From positions 1,328 to 65,327 of the forward strand of contig CAZQEQ010000006.1 of assembly GCA_964592385.1 (NCBI GenBank): DNA of 64,000 bases. The letters are read 5' to 3'. A program made the position numbers and the translations under genes. Shown piece by piece: positions 1 through 8,079 of the stretch. The notes beneath the pieces were generated by a model. The model had not been told where the DNA came from. It saw only the letters and a program-made list of their open reading frames with translations, and ran no database searches. The stretch comes from an uncultured candidatus Brocadiaceae bacterium (GTDB taxonomy: Bacteria > Planctomycetota > Brocadiia > SM23-32). Every line of letters begins with the position of its first letter. Within the stretch, counting starts at the first letter, position 1.

Positions 1-59
1 CATTGCCATACACCGGGCAGAAATCGTCAAGGGAACCTGTGAGATCGGGAGGCACTGCG

Positions 60-740
60 ATGGGCATTTTCAGTCGAATGCGGGACATCATCAGCTCCAA
101 CATCAACGCCATGCTGGAGAAGGCCGAGGACCCGGAGAAGCTGATCAAGCTGATGATCCAGGAGATGGAGGACACGCTGGTCGAGATCAAGGCGTCCTGC
201 GCGGGCGTGATGGCCGCCAAGAAGAGGGTCCAGCGCCAGCTCGACGGCGCCACGGAACACGCGGAGCGCTGGGCGGGCAACGCCAGGCTGGCTGTCGAGA
301 AGGGCCGCGACGACCTGGCCCGCGAGGCGCTGCTGGAGAAGCGCCACTACCGGCAGAGGGTGGACGCCCTGGAGAAGGAGACGACCGAGCACGAAGCCCT
401 GGTCGCGCAGTACCAGGATGATATAATGCAGCTCGAGCAGAAGCTCGAATCCGTACGCGAGCAGCAGCGTGTCCTGGTCCAGCGCCACGTCCACGCGGAG
501 CGCAAGAAGCGCGCGCAGAAAGGCATCCGCCGCGCCGACACCAGCGACGCCTTCATGCGGTTCGAGAACCTCCAGAACCGGATCGAGCGCACCGAGGCCG
601 AGGCGGACCTGGTCAACTTCGGCCGCGAGCCGACGCTGGTCGAGGAGTTCGCCAAGCTGGAAGGCGACGAGGAGATCGAGGGCGAGCTGCGGACCCTCAA
701 GGAGAGCATGGGCAGGCCCGTCTCCCCGCCCGCCGAGTGA
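60..740 (+). CDS. pspA: Phage shock protein A (PspA/IM30 family)
   Basis: MGIFSRMRDIISSNINAMLEKAEDPEKLIKLMIQEMED N-terminus and long coiled coil; GGAGG before ATG 60; first gene of a psp cluster. Confidence 0.93.
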   Translation: MGIFSRMRDIISSNINAMLEKAEDPEKLIKLMIQEMEDTLVEIKASCAGVMAAKKRVQRQLDGATEHAERWAGNARLAVEKGRDDLAREALLEKRHYRQRVDALEKETTEHEALVAQYQDDIMQLEQKLESVREQQRVLVQRHVHAERKKRAQKGIRRADTSDAFMRFENLQNRIERTEAEADLVNFGREPTLVEEFAKLEGDEEIEGELRTLKESMGRPVSPPAE

Positions 741-775
741 AACGGCGTTTCCCCCTGGATGAGGGAGGGGCTCCT

Positions 776-1147
776 GTGCGAACCTTCCTGAAGATCGTCC
801 TGCTGGTCATCCTCCTCGGCTTGAGCCTGGTCGCGCTGCTGGCGCTCGGCGTGACGGCGGCCACGCTGGGTGGCCGCCTCGCCTTCTCGTGGATGCACGT
901 CTCGGTGGCCGGGCCGATCGTGTTCCTGGGCGTCGTGGCGGCGGTCGTGCTGTTCGGCCTGCTGGCGGCGAACATCCTGTCAGGGGTCTCGCGGCAAGAC
1001 AGGGAGACCGGCGCGGACGAGGTCCGGCTCATGCAAGAGCTGCACCGCGGGCTGTCCGGCCTGGAGAAGCGGGTGGAGTCGCTGGAGACGCTCCTGATGG
1101 AGCGTCGCTCGGCCGGCGAGGCCGACAGCAGGAGGACCTCGCAATGA
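776..1147 (+). CDS. PspB-like membrane protein with an extra TM segment
   Basis: Two hydrophobic segments then DEVRLMQELHRGLSGLEKRVESLETLL (PspB-type tail); GTG 776 after GAGGGAGG. Confidence 0.7.
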   Translation: MRTFLKIVLLVILLGLSLVALLALGVTAATLGGRLAFSWMHVSVAGPIVFLGVVAAVVLFGLLAANILSGVSRQDRETGADEVRLMQELHRGLSGLEKRVESLETLLMERRSAGEADSRRTSQ

Positions 1148-1380
1148 ACATCGGCATCGTTGGAGTCTTGCTCATGCTGGGCGTCTGCGCGGTCGCGGCC
1201 GCGGCGGTCGTCGTCGGGCTGGTGGTGATGGCAGTCAGGAGGGCCGGCGGGAACCGGCATTCGGAGGACGAGACGGGGCTGATCCAGGAAATGCACCGGG
1301 ACCTCCTGCAGATGCAGGAGCGCATCGAGACGCTGGAGGCCATCCTGTCCGACAGACAAAGAGAGGAAGCGGACCCATGA
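1144..1380 (+). CDS. pspB: Phage shock protein B-like
   Basis: 78 aa, one TM helix, tail LIQEMHRDLLQMQERIETLEAIL; overlaps both neighbours by 4 bp. Confidence 0.78.
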   Translation: MNIGIVGVLLMLGVCAVAAAAVVVGLVVMAVRRAGGNRHSEDETGLIQEMHRDLLQMQERIETLEAILSDRQREEADP

Positions 1381-1763
1381 GCCGGACTACCACAGAGGGG
1401 AGGCGCGGCCCGTACCGCTCGCGCCACGGCGTGATCCTGGGGGTCTGCCGGGGCATCGCCGACTACACGGAGATATCGGTCTTCTGGGTGCGCGTGATCG
1501 TGCTGTTCTTCATGGTCTTTACGGGCTTCTGGCCCGTGGTGGCGCTCTACTTCCTGGCCGCGCTCCTGATGAGACCCGAGCCCGTGGTGCCGTTCCAGAC
1601 GGAGGCCGACGAAGAGTTCTACAACTCCTTCACCACCTCCCACCGGATGGCCCTGCGCCGGCTGAAGCGGACCTTCGACGCGCTCGACCGCCGCATCCGG
1701 CGCATGGAAGCCACCGTGACCAGCAGGGAATACGACTGGCGCCGGCGCCTGAACGGGGAATGA
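1377..1763 (+). CDS. pspC: Phage shock protein C
   Basis: PspC motif PYRSRHGVILGVCRGIADY, TM segment, C-terminal coiled coil. Confidence 0.9.
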   Translation: MSRTTTEGRRGPYRSRHGVILGVCRGIADYTEISVFWVRVIVLFFMVFTGFWPVVALYFLAALLMRPEPVVPFQTEADEEFYNSFTTSHRMALRRLKRTFDALDRRIRRMEATVTSREYDWRRRLNGE

Positions 1764-1769
1764 CGCTTC

Positions 1770-3170
1770 TCAGACTGCGCCGGGCCGTCCCGTCCTCTCG
1801 AAGAGCATCCGCCGCAGGTCGCGCTCGACCTCCGCGCAGTCCGGGTGGCCGAGCAGGTTGTTGCACTCCCCGGGGTCTTCCTCCAGGTCGTACAGCATGT
1901 AGGCCGTGCCGTCCTCGTGGACGGCGTACTTCCAGCGCCCGGTGCGGACCATGGTGTTCTGCCGTCGCGCACACGCCACCGCGCTGAGCGCCGCATCCCG
2001 CAAGGTGGCGTCCGGGTCCTTCAGGACCGGCCAGAGGGACCTGCCCTGGCAGCCCGCGGGAACCACCGCGCGGACGGCCTCCAGGAGGGTCGGCATGATG
2101 TCCACGGTCTCCGCGAGGGCGCCCGGGCGCAGGCCCGCCGCGACCCGCCCGGGCCACCGGACGACGAGCGGCACGCGGAGCGCACTCTCGAAGAAGCGCG
2201 ACTTATAGACCAGCCCGTGGTCGCCGAGCATGTCCCCATGGTCGGACCAGAAGACGACCAGCAGGTCGTCCAGCCAGCCGCGCCGCGCGCACGCTTCGAG
2301 GATGCGCCCGAACCAGCGGTCAATGAGGCTGATCTTGCCGCAGTAGTTGGCCCGCAGCGCGCGCACGTCCTCCTGCGTCAGGTCCGCGGGCCGGCCGTGC
2401 TCCTGCCACTCGGCGGCCTGCTGCGGCACCCACGGCCCCGGCGCCGCGCCTTCGGGGGCGACGGCGGGCGGCGTCTCGGCCGGGTCGTACATGGCCGCGT
2501 ACTCGCCCGGCGCGTCCCACGGCTCGTGCGGGCCGGGGAAGCCGACGAAGAGGCAGACCGGCCGGCCGCCCTCGTAGCGCTCGACGAACTCGACGCCCCG
2601 CCGCCCCACGTAGCTGTCCGGGAAGTCCTCCACCGGCAGGGGGCTGGGCCAGACGGCGCGGTGCCGGCCGTGCTCGATGCGCCGGCGGTAGTCCGCCCGG
2701 AACGCCTCGAGCAGCCCCTTCGTCTGCCAGTCGTCGGTCATGTAGGACTCTGTCCTCTGCGAGGCGAGCGGCCCGGTGGTCTCGTGCACGAAGTCGAACC
2801 CGCGCGCGTGCATGTAGGGCTCGCGCTCGCGCATGTGGCCGTCGCCGTGCGCGTAGTAGTGCGACTTGCCGACGTGCGCCGTGTAGTAGCCGCAGCCCTG
2901 GAGCCGCCGGAACAGCGACTCGTAGCCCGCCGGCAGTTCGCCGTAGTTGCCCCACATGCCGTGCTCGTGCACGTAGCGGCCGCTGATGAACGAGGCCCGC
3001 GCGGGCATGCAGACCGGACTCACCGTGCAGGCGTGCGTGAACAGCGCCCCCTCGGCGGCGAGCCGGTCCATGTTCGGCGTCCGTATCTGCGGATGCCCGG
3101 CGCAGCCCATGCAGTCGGCCCGCTGCTGGTCGGTCATCAGGATCAGGATGTTCGGCGGTCTCTCGGCCAC
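1770..3170 (-). CDS. Sulfatase (choline-sulfatase-like, formylglycine-dependent)
   Basis: PPNILILMTDQQRAD N-terminus, CMPAR (CxPxR) motif, GKSH, SDHGDMLGDHG; GTG start 3170, no signal peptide. Confidence 0.9.
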   Translation of the reverse strand: MAERPPNILILMTDQQRADCMGCAGHPQIRTPNMDRLAAEGALFTHACTVSPVCMPARASFISGRYVHEHGMWGNYGELPAGYESLFRRLQGCGYYTAHVGKSHYYAHGDGHMREREPYMHARGFDFVHETTGPLASQRTESYMTDDWQTKGLLEAFRADYRRRIEHGRHRAVWPSPLPVEDFPDSYVGRRGVEFVERYEGGRPVCLFVGFPGPHEPWDAPGEYAAMYDPAETPPAVAPEGAAPGPWVPQQAAEWQEHGRPADLTQEDVRALRANYCGKISLIDRWFGRILEACARRGWLDDLLVVFWSDHGDMLGDHGLVYKSRFFESALRVPLVVRWPGRVAAGLRPGALAETVDIMPTLLEAVRAVVPAGCQGRSLWPVLKDPDATLRDAALSAVACARRQNTMVRTGRWKYAVHEDGTAYMLYDLEEDPGECNNLLGHPDCAEVERDLRRMLFERTGRPGAV

Positions 3171-3252
3171 GGTTCCCCCGGGACAGGGCGGAGGGGCGAT
3201 TCTACGCGCGCCGCGCTGTGAAGTCAAAGCACCCGCTTCGCGCCGGAGCACC

Positions 3253-3280
3253 TTGAACGGGGCCGCGCCCAGCATATAAT
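3253..3280 (+). promoter_or_regulatory. Putative sigma70 promoter
   Basis: TTGAAC-16-TATAAT, 45 bp upstream of ATG 3326. Confidence 0.5.
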
Positions 3281-3325
3281 CCCCCTGTCCGCGCACGAGT
3301 CCCGCAACGACCGGAGGGCCGCACA

Positions 3326-4279
3326 ATGAAGGGCCTGCCCTGCATCGAGACGGAATCGTTCATCGCCTTCATCGCCGACAATGCGCCGGCCGGCATCCAC
3401 CGCGCCGGCTACAACGGGGTCGCCTCCCTCATCCCGCGCTGCAGCGGCAATAACCTCTTCGTGCCCGCCTACGCGGGTCTGAACTACGAGATCATATGGC
3501 TGCCCGGCCTCGCGCCTTACGCGGGGAAGGACGACTGCCGCTTCGAACCGCGCTGCGAGCCGATGCACGTCGAGTCGGCCGACGGGCAGGGCGCCGTGCT
3601 GGTCCAGCCGGAGACCGCGCACGCGCACGTCAGCGCGCGCATCGCGTTCTCAGTCGAGGAGCCGCACTACATCCACCAGCACATCGAACTCACGCCGCAC
3701 CGACGCTTCTGCGGCGAAGGGGAGCCGAACACGTTCCGGACACTCTGGGCCAGCTACATCCACGTGCCGCCGGACCGGCACGTCTACCTTAAGCCCGACC
3801 GGGGGGCGGGCGATGACCTGGCCGGCTGGTTCGGCCTGACCAAGGCGGAGCATGACGCGCCCCGGATGGAGGTCCGCCGGCTGCCCGGCGGCCGCGAACT
3901 GGACTCCGAAGGGCACCTGGACGCCATGTCGCGGCAGGAGCCGCTCTCGGCCGAGGAACTGTCGCGGCTTCCCGACGAAGTCTGCGCGCCGATGGCGGTG
4001 CCGAGGTCGCTCGACGGCCCGCTGGCCTTCTACTACGGGCTCTGCCACGGCGCACAACTGTTTCTGATGATGTTCAAGCAGCCCGAGCGGTTCCGGCTCG
4101 CCTACTCGCCGTGCGGCGGGGGCAGGGCGCCGGCCTGGAGCCCTGCCTGGGACTACGTCCTCCGCGTCGAGGACGCGCAGCCCGGGGCGACATACTCCTG
4201 GGACCTGTGCCTCGCCGTCAAGCAGTATGAGGGCCGCGCGGACGTCCTCCGCGAGGTCCGGCGCTACCAGGAGGGCTGA
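3326..4279 (+). CDS. Hypothetical protein (HRAGYNG...GLNYE...FEPR...WASYI motifs), possibly a beta-sandwich/mutarotase-like fold
   Basis: 317-aa ORF with host-like codon usage, GGAGG RBS and own promoter; function not assignable. Confidence 0.75.
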   Translation: MKGLPCIETESFIAFIADNAPAGIHRAGYNGVASLIPRCSGNNLFVPAYAGLNYEIIWLPGLAPYAGKDDCRFEPRCEPMHVESADGQGAVLVQPETAHAHVSARIAFSVEEPHYIHQHIELTPHRRFCGEGEPNTFRTLWASYIHVPPDRHVYLKPDRGAGDDLAGWFGLTKAEHDAPRMEVRRLPGGRELDSEGHLDAMSRQEPLSAEELSRLPDEVCAPMAVPRSLDGPLAFYYGLCHGAQLFLMMFKQPERFRLAYSPCGGGRAPAWSPAWDYVLRVEDAQPGATYSWDLCLAVKQYEGRADVLREVRRYQEG

Positions 4280-4354
4280 TACCGCGCAGGATGGACTTTG
4301 CCGGCCCGGCCCGCTATCATGGCGAACCGGGCACAACTGACGGGGGAACTGATC

Positions 4355-5881
4355 GTGATCACGCAGTCCAACCATCGCCCGGCGAGTTGCATAATCGTCG
4401 TCTTCGGCGCCAGCGGCGACCTGGCGCAGAGGAAGCTGGCCCCGGCGCTCCACAACCTCGCCCTCGAGGGCCTCCTGCCCGAGGGCACCGTGCTGGTGGG
4501 CTTCGGGCGCACGGAGATGGGCGACGACGCCTTCCGCGCCCGCCTGGAAGAGGGAGTCGCGCAGTCCTCCCGCGCGCGGCCCATCGACCGCGAGGTCTGG
4601 GCCTCCCTGGCGCGGCGGGCCTTCTATCAGCAGGGCGCCTACGGCGACCCGGATAGCCACAACCGGCTCGATGAACGGCTCCGGGAACTGGACGGGCAGT
4701 TCGGCACCGGCGGGAACCGCATCTTCTACCTGGCCGTCCCGCCGGAGGTGGTCGAGCCCGTCCTGGCGAACCTGGCGACGGTCGGCGCGCTGCGGCGGCA
4801 GGTCCCCTGCCCCGAGGGTGGGGACTGCTACCTTCGTGTCGTCTTCGAGAAGCCGTTCGGCCGCGACCTCGCCTCGGCCCGGCGGCTGGGCGACAGCATC
4901 GACGGCCTGCTGGACGAATCGCAGGTCTTCCGCATGGACCACTACCTGGGCAAGGAGACCGTCCAGAACATCAGCGTCCTGCGGTTCGCGAACAGCATCT
5001 TCGAGCGCGTCTGGGACTCCTCGTCCGTGCAGTGGATACGCGTCACCGTAGCCGAGAGCGTCGGCGTCGAGGGGCGCGGCGGCTACTTCGACTCGACCGG
5101 CATCCTGCGCGACATCCTCCAGAACCACGTGCTCCAGCTCCTGACGCTGGTCACGATGGAACCGCCGGCCTCCCTGGCCGCCGACGCCATCCGTGACGAG
5201 AAGGTCAAGGTCCTGCGCTGCCTGCGCCGGCCCGAAGGGGGCGACGTCGCCCGTTCCGTCATCCGGGGACAGTACGGCCGGGGCCTCGTCGCCGGCACGG
5301 AGGTGCCCGCCTACCGCGAGGAGGAGGGCGTCGCGCCGGGCTCGACCACAGAGACGTTCGTCGGCATCCGCACCTACATCGACAACTGGCGCTGGGCCGG
5401 CGTGCCCGTTTACCTGTGCACGGGCAAGCGGCTGGCGGAGCGGCTGACCGAGGTCGCGGTCGAGTTCAAGCCCGTGCCGCAGGTCCTCTTCGGCGCGCTC
5501 GAGGACGTCAGGCTGAAGCCGAACCGGCTCACACTGCGCATCCAGCCGGACGAGGGGGTCTCGCTCGGCTTCGTCAGCAAGGCGCCCGGGCTTCGTATGG
5601 CGCTGAAAGACGTGGAGATGGACTTCCCGTACGGCAGCGCGTTCCCGGCTGCCTCGCCCGAGGCGTACGAGCGGCTGCTGCTCGACGTGATGGCCGGCAA
5701 CGCGGCGCTGTTTGCGCGGCGGGACGAGGTCGAGCTGGCCTGGGAGTACGCGGCGGGCATCCTGGACGCCTGGGCGGCCGGCCCGCCGCCCGATTTCCCC
5801 AACTACGAGGCCGGCACGTGGGGGCCGATTTCGCCGGAGGACTTCTTCTCGCCCGAGACGGACTATTCGCGCAGAGGATAG
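4355..5881 (+). CDS. zwf: Glucose-6-phosphate 1-dehydrogenase
   Basis: FGASGDLA, EKPFG, RMDHYLGKETVQN, RDILQNH, WRWAGVP, AYERLLLD; GTG 4355 after GGGGGA. Confidence 0.96.
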   Translation: MITQSNHRPASCIIVVFGASGDLAQRKLAPALHNLALEGLLPEGTVLVGFGRTEMGDDAFRARLEEGVAQSSRARPIDREVWASLARRAFYQQGAYGDPDSHNRLDERLRELDGQFGTGGNRIFYLAVPPEVVEPVLANLATVGALRRQVPCPEGGDCYLRVVFEKPFGRDLASARRLGDSIDGLLDESQVFRMDHYLGKETVQNISVLRFANSIFERVWDSSSVQWIRVTVAESVGVEGRGGYFDSTGILRDILQNHVLQLLTLVTMEPPASLAADAIRDEKVKVLRCLRRPEGGDVARSVIRGQYGRGLVAGTEVPAYREEEGVAPGSTTETFVGIRTYIDNWRWAGVPVYLCTGKRLAERLTEVAVEFKPVPQVLFGALEDVRLKPNRLTLRIQPDEGVSLGFVSKAPGLRMALKDVEMDFPYGSAFPAASPEAYERLLLDVMAGNAALFARRDEVELAWEYAAGILDAWAAGPPPDFPNYEAGTWGPISPEDFFSPETDYSRRG

Positions 5882-5895
5882 TTGACAGTCTGCAG
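5879..5895 (+). repeat. 17-bp direct repeat, left copy (TAGTTGACAGTCTGCAG)
   Basis: 16/17 identical to 6696-6712; includes the zwf stop codon. Confidence 0.8.
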
Positions 5896-5944
5896 TTGAA
5901 CAGTTGACAGTGAACGGCGAACGGCGAAGGCCAGCGTGCGGGCG

Positions 5945-5973
5945 TTGCCCGCCGCGGCGCTTGCTGGTATAGT
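5945..5973 (+). promoter_or_regulatory. Putative sigma70 promoter of the HEPN/MNT pair
   Basis: TTGCCC-17-TATAGT with TG extension. Confidence 0.55.
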
Positions 5974-6396
5974 GTGCCCGAGAATCAGGGCATCCAATTC
6001 ACGCAGAGGCATGGAGCGCTGGACGTCCAGAAGCACATCGAGTACTGGCGAACAGGCGGTGAGCAGGACTTCGATGCGGCCAGCGCCTTGCTGCAGACCG
6101 GCCATTTCAGGCACGCGCTGTTTTGTGCCCATCTGGCGCTGGAAAAGCTGCTGAAAGCTCACGTGACGCGCCAGACGGGCGAGACCCCTCCGCGCATCCA
6201 CGACCTGCTGCGTCTGGCAGACATGGCGCGCCTGTCACTCCATGATACCCAGAGAGCGTTCCTCGCCGAGTTCTCGGTGTATCAACTGGAAGGCCGCTAT
6301 CCCGACGCGGAGCAGGTGCCTCTCGATTCTGGAAGGGCGAACAAGCAGATCTCACGGGCCGAGGAGATGCTGGGATGGTTGACCGAGAGGTTATGA
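5974..6396 (+). CDS. HEPN domain protein (toxin-type)
   Basis: HIEYW...ALFCAHLALEKLLKA...PPRIHDLLRLA...RYP pattern; true start may be CTG 6019. Confidence 0.88.
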   Translation: MPENQGIQFTQRHGALDVQKHIEYWRTGGEQDFDAASALLQTGHFRHALFCAHLALEKLLKAHVTRQTGETPPRIHDLLRLADMARLSLHDTQRAFLAEFSVYQLEGRYPDAEQVPLDSGRANKQISRAEEMLGWLTERL

Positions 6397-6698
6397 AAGC
6401 AGTCCGTGGTTACCTCGCCGGGCTACGTGACGTGGGGATTCATCCTTCCCGGGCTGTCCTCTTCGGTTCATTCGCCAGGGCCACTGGCGATGAATGGAGC
6501 GATATCGACCTGGTGGTGATCGCGCCCGAGTTCGACGGGCACCGTGACATGGAACTCATCCAGGCCCTCTGGCGGATGCGAGCCAGCACTGACTCGCGCA
6601 TCGAGCCGATCCCGTGCGGCGACCGGGAGTGGGAGACGGACGAGGGGCGGCCCATCCTCGAGATCGCCCGCAACGAGGGCGTCCTTATCGAACTGTAG
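6375..6698 (+). CDS. Minimal nucleotidyltransferase (MNT), partner of HEPN
   Basis: VLFGSFARATGDEWSDIDLVVI (GS...DxD); overlaps the HEPN stop. Confidence 0.9.
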   Translation: MVDREVMKAVRGYLAGLRDVGIHPSRAVLFGSFARATGDEWSDIDLVVIAPEFDGHRDMELIQALWRMRASTDSRIEPIPCGDREWETDEGRPILEIARNEGVLIEL

Positions 6699-6712
6699 TT
6701 GACAGCCTGCAG
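6696..6712 (+). repeat. 17-bp direct repeat, right copy (TAGTTGACAGCCTGCAG)
   Basis: 16/17 identical to 5879-5895; includes the MNT stop codon. Confidence 0.8.
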
Positions 6713-6888
6713 GGGCTTTCCATGCTCGGCTTTGACCTGCGCGTGCCCCGGAAACCAACCACGACGGGCACGACGCACACAACGGACAGCCCTGAAAGAA
6801 AGAGCACAGGCGACGACAGCGCCTGAAGGCCTGGCCGTCATGCTCGTCGTGTCGCTGTGGTGAGAACGGCCCGCCGTACGGGGGCGCC

Positions 6889-7296
6889 TCAGACCTGGAT
6901 GGCGTTGAAGATGTCCGTGTTGCTGAGCATCCCGATGATGTTCTTACCGTCAAAGACCGGCGCCCGCCGGATGCCCGCGTGATGCATCAGCCGCGCGCAG
7001 TACTTCAGCGCCAGGCCCGGGGACACCATGACCAGCGGCTTGGTCATGATCTCGAACACCTTCACCTCGGCCGGGTCCTTGCCGGGGTCCACGACCTTGT
7101 TGACGACGTCCTTGCGCGTGACGATGCCGTAGGCGTCCTCCTGGCTCCTGTTCTGCACGATCAGGCTGGAGACGCCCTTCTCCCGCATCAGCGCCACGGC
7201 CTCCGCGACCGTCTGCATGCCGTCAACATAGACGACACCTTCGCTCATCACGTCCTGCGCCTTGGCAAACCGCACGTCCTGGAGTGCCTTGCCCAT
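6889..7296 (-). CDS. CBS domain protein
   Basis: Two CBS repeats (AQDVMSE...GIVTRKDVV; VFEIMTK...RRAPV...GMLSNTDI); ATG 7296 with AGGAGG RBS. Confidence 0.88.
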   Translation of the reverse strand: MGKALQDVRFAKAQDVMSEGVVYVDGMQTVAEAVALMREKGVSSLIVQNRSQEDAYGIVTRKDVVNKVVDPGKDPAEVKVFEIMTKPLVMVSPGLALKYCARLMHHAGIRRAPVFDGKNIIGMLSNTDIFNAIQV

Positions 7297-7366
7297 AGGA
7301 GCGCCCTCCTTCCGCCAAAGGTATGAGACCATAGACCCCCTGTTTCTGCTCTATCGCGCGACCGTG

Positions 7367-7394
7367 ATTATACCGCCCGCCGGGCGCAATACAA
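7367..7394 (-). promoter_or_regulatory. Putative sigma70 promoter of the CBS gene
   Basis: TTGTAT-16-TATAAT on the minus strand. Confidence 0.45.
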
Positions 7395-7480
7395 GACTTT
7401 GGTCGCCCCGCTGCGGTTGAAAGGCCGGTGGGAATGGCGTAGGCTGACCGCGACGTCCCGCCGAAACGGGAGGGCAAAAG

Positions 7481-8062
7481 ATGAGGCCGTTGAGCAGGAA
7501 GTCCTTCATGGGGCGCGCCGCGGGGGGTGTCCTGCTCGTCCTGCTGCTGGTCGGCGGCTGGTTCGTGCTCGACAGGATCATGGCCGGCAGGACGGACCAC
7601 GGGGGCACGGGGCAGCCGCCGGCGGCGCCCGTCGTGGCGCAGATGGACTACGACTGGAGCGTGCTCGACCTCGACGGGGGCGAGTTCCCGCTGGGCGAGA
7701 CGCAGGGCAAGACGCTGTTCCTCAACTTCTGGGCCACCTGGTGCCCGCCCTGCGTGGCCGAGATGCCGAGCATCCAGCGACTCTACGACGAGCTGAAGGA
7801 CGAGGGCGTGGCCTTCGTCCTCGTGTCCGACCAGAGGCCGGCGACCGTCCGCAGGTTCGCGCAGGCGAGGGGGTTCACCCTCCCCTTCTACACGTCCGAG
7901 AGCGACCCGCCCGAAGTGTTCCGGACACGCGGTATCCCCGCGACGTTCATAGCCTCGCCGGACGGAAGCATCGTGGTCCGGCACGTGGGGGCGGGGCGAT
8001 GGGACGACGAGAAGGTGGTCGAGTTCATCCGGGGGCTCGCCGCAGACGAGGGCGCCCCTTAG
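7481..8062 (+). CDS. TlpA-family thiol-disulfide oxidoreductase
   Basis: N-terminal TM anchor, FLNFWATWCPPCVAEMP, GIPATF. Confidence 0.9.
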   Translation: MRPLSRKSFMGRAAGGVLLVLLLVGGWFVLDRIMAGRTDHGGTGQPPAAPVVAQMDYDWSVLDLDGGEFPLGETQGKTLFLNFWATWCPPCVAEMPSIQRLYDELKDEGVAFVLVSDQRPATVRRFAQARGFTLPFYTSESDPPEVFRTRGIPATFIASPDGSIVVRHVGAGRWDDEKVVEFIRGLAADEGAP

Positions 8063-8079
8063 GCGCAGCGCGGCCGCCC

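Noticed and set aside
1-12. TTGC at the window start as the -12 box of a sigma54 psp promoter
   Set aside because: The -24 GG box would lie outside the window, so it cannot be supported.
5879-5930. Integron attC/attI interpretation (GTTGAAC fits GTTRRRY)
   Set aside because: No matching RYYYAAC inverse core, no attC hairpin and no integrase; kept only as a direct repeat.
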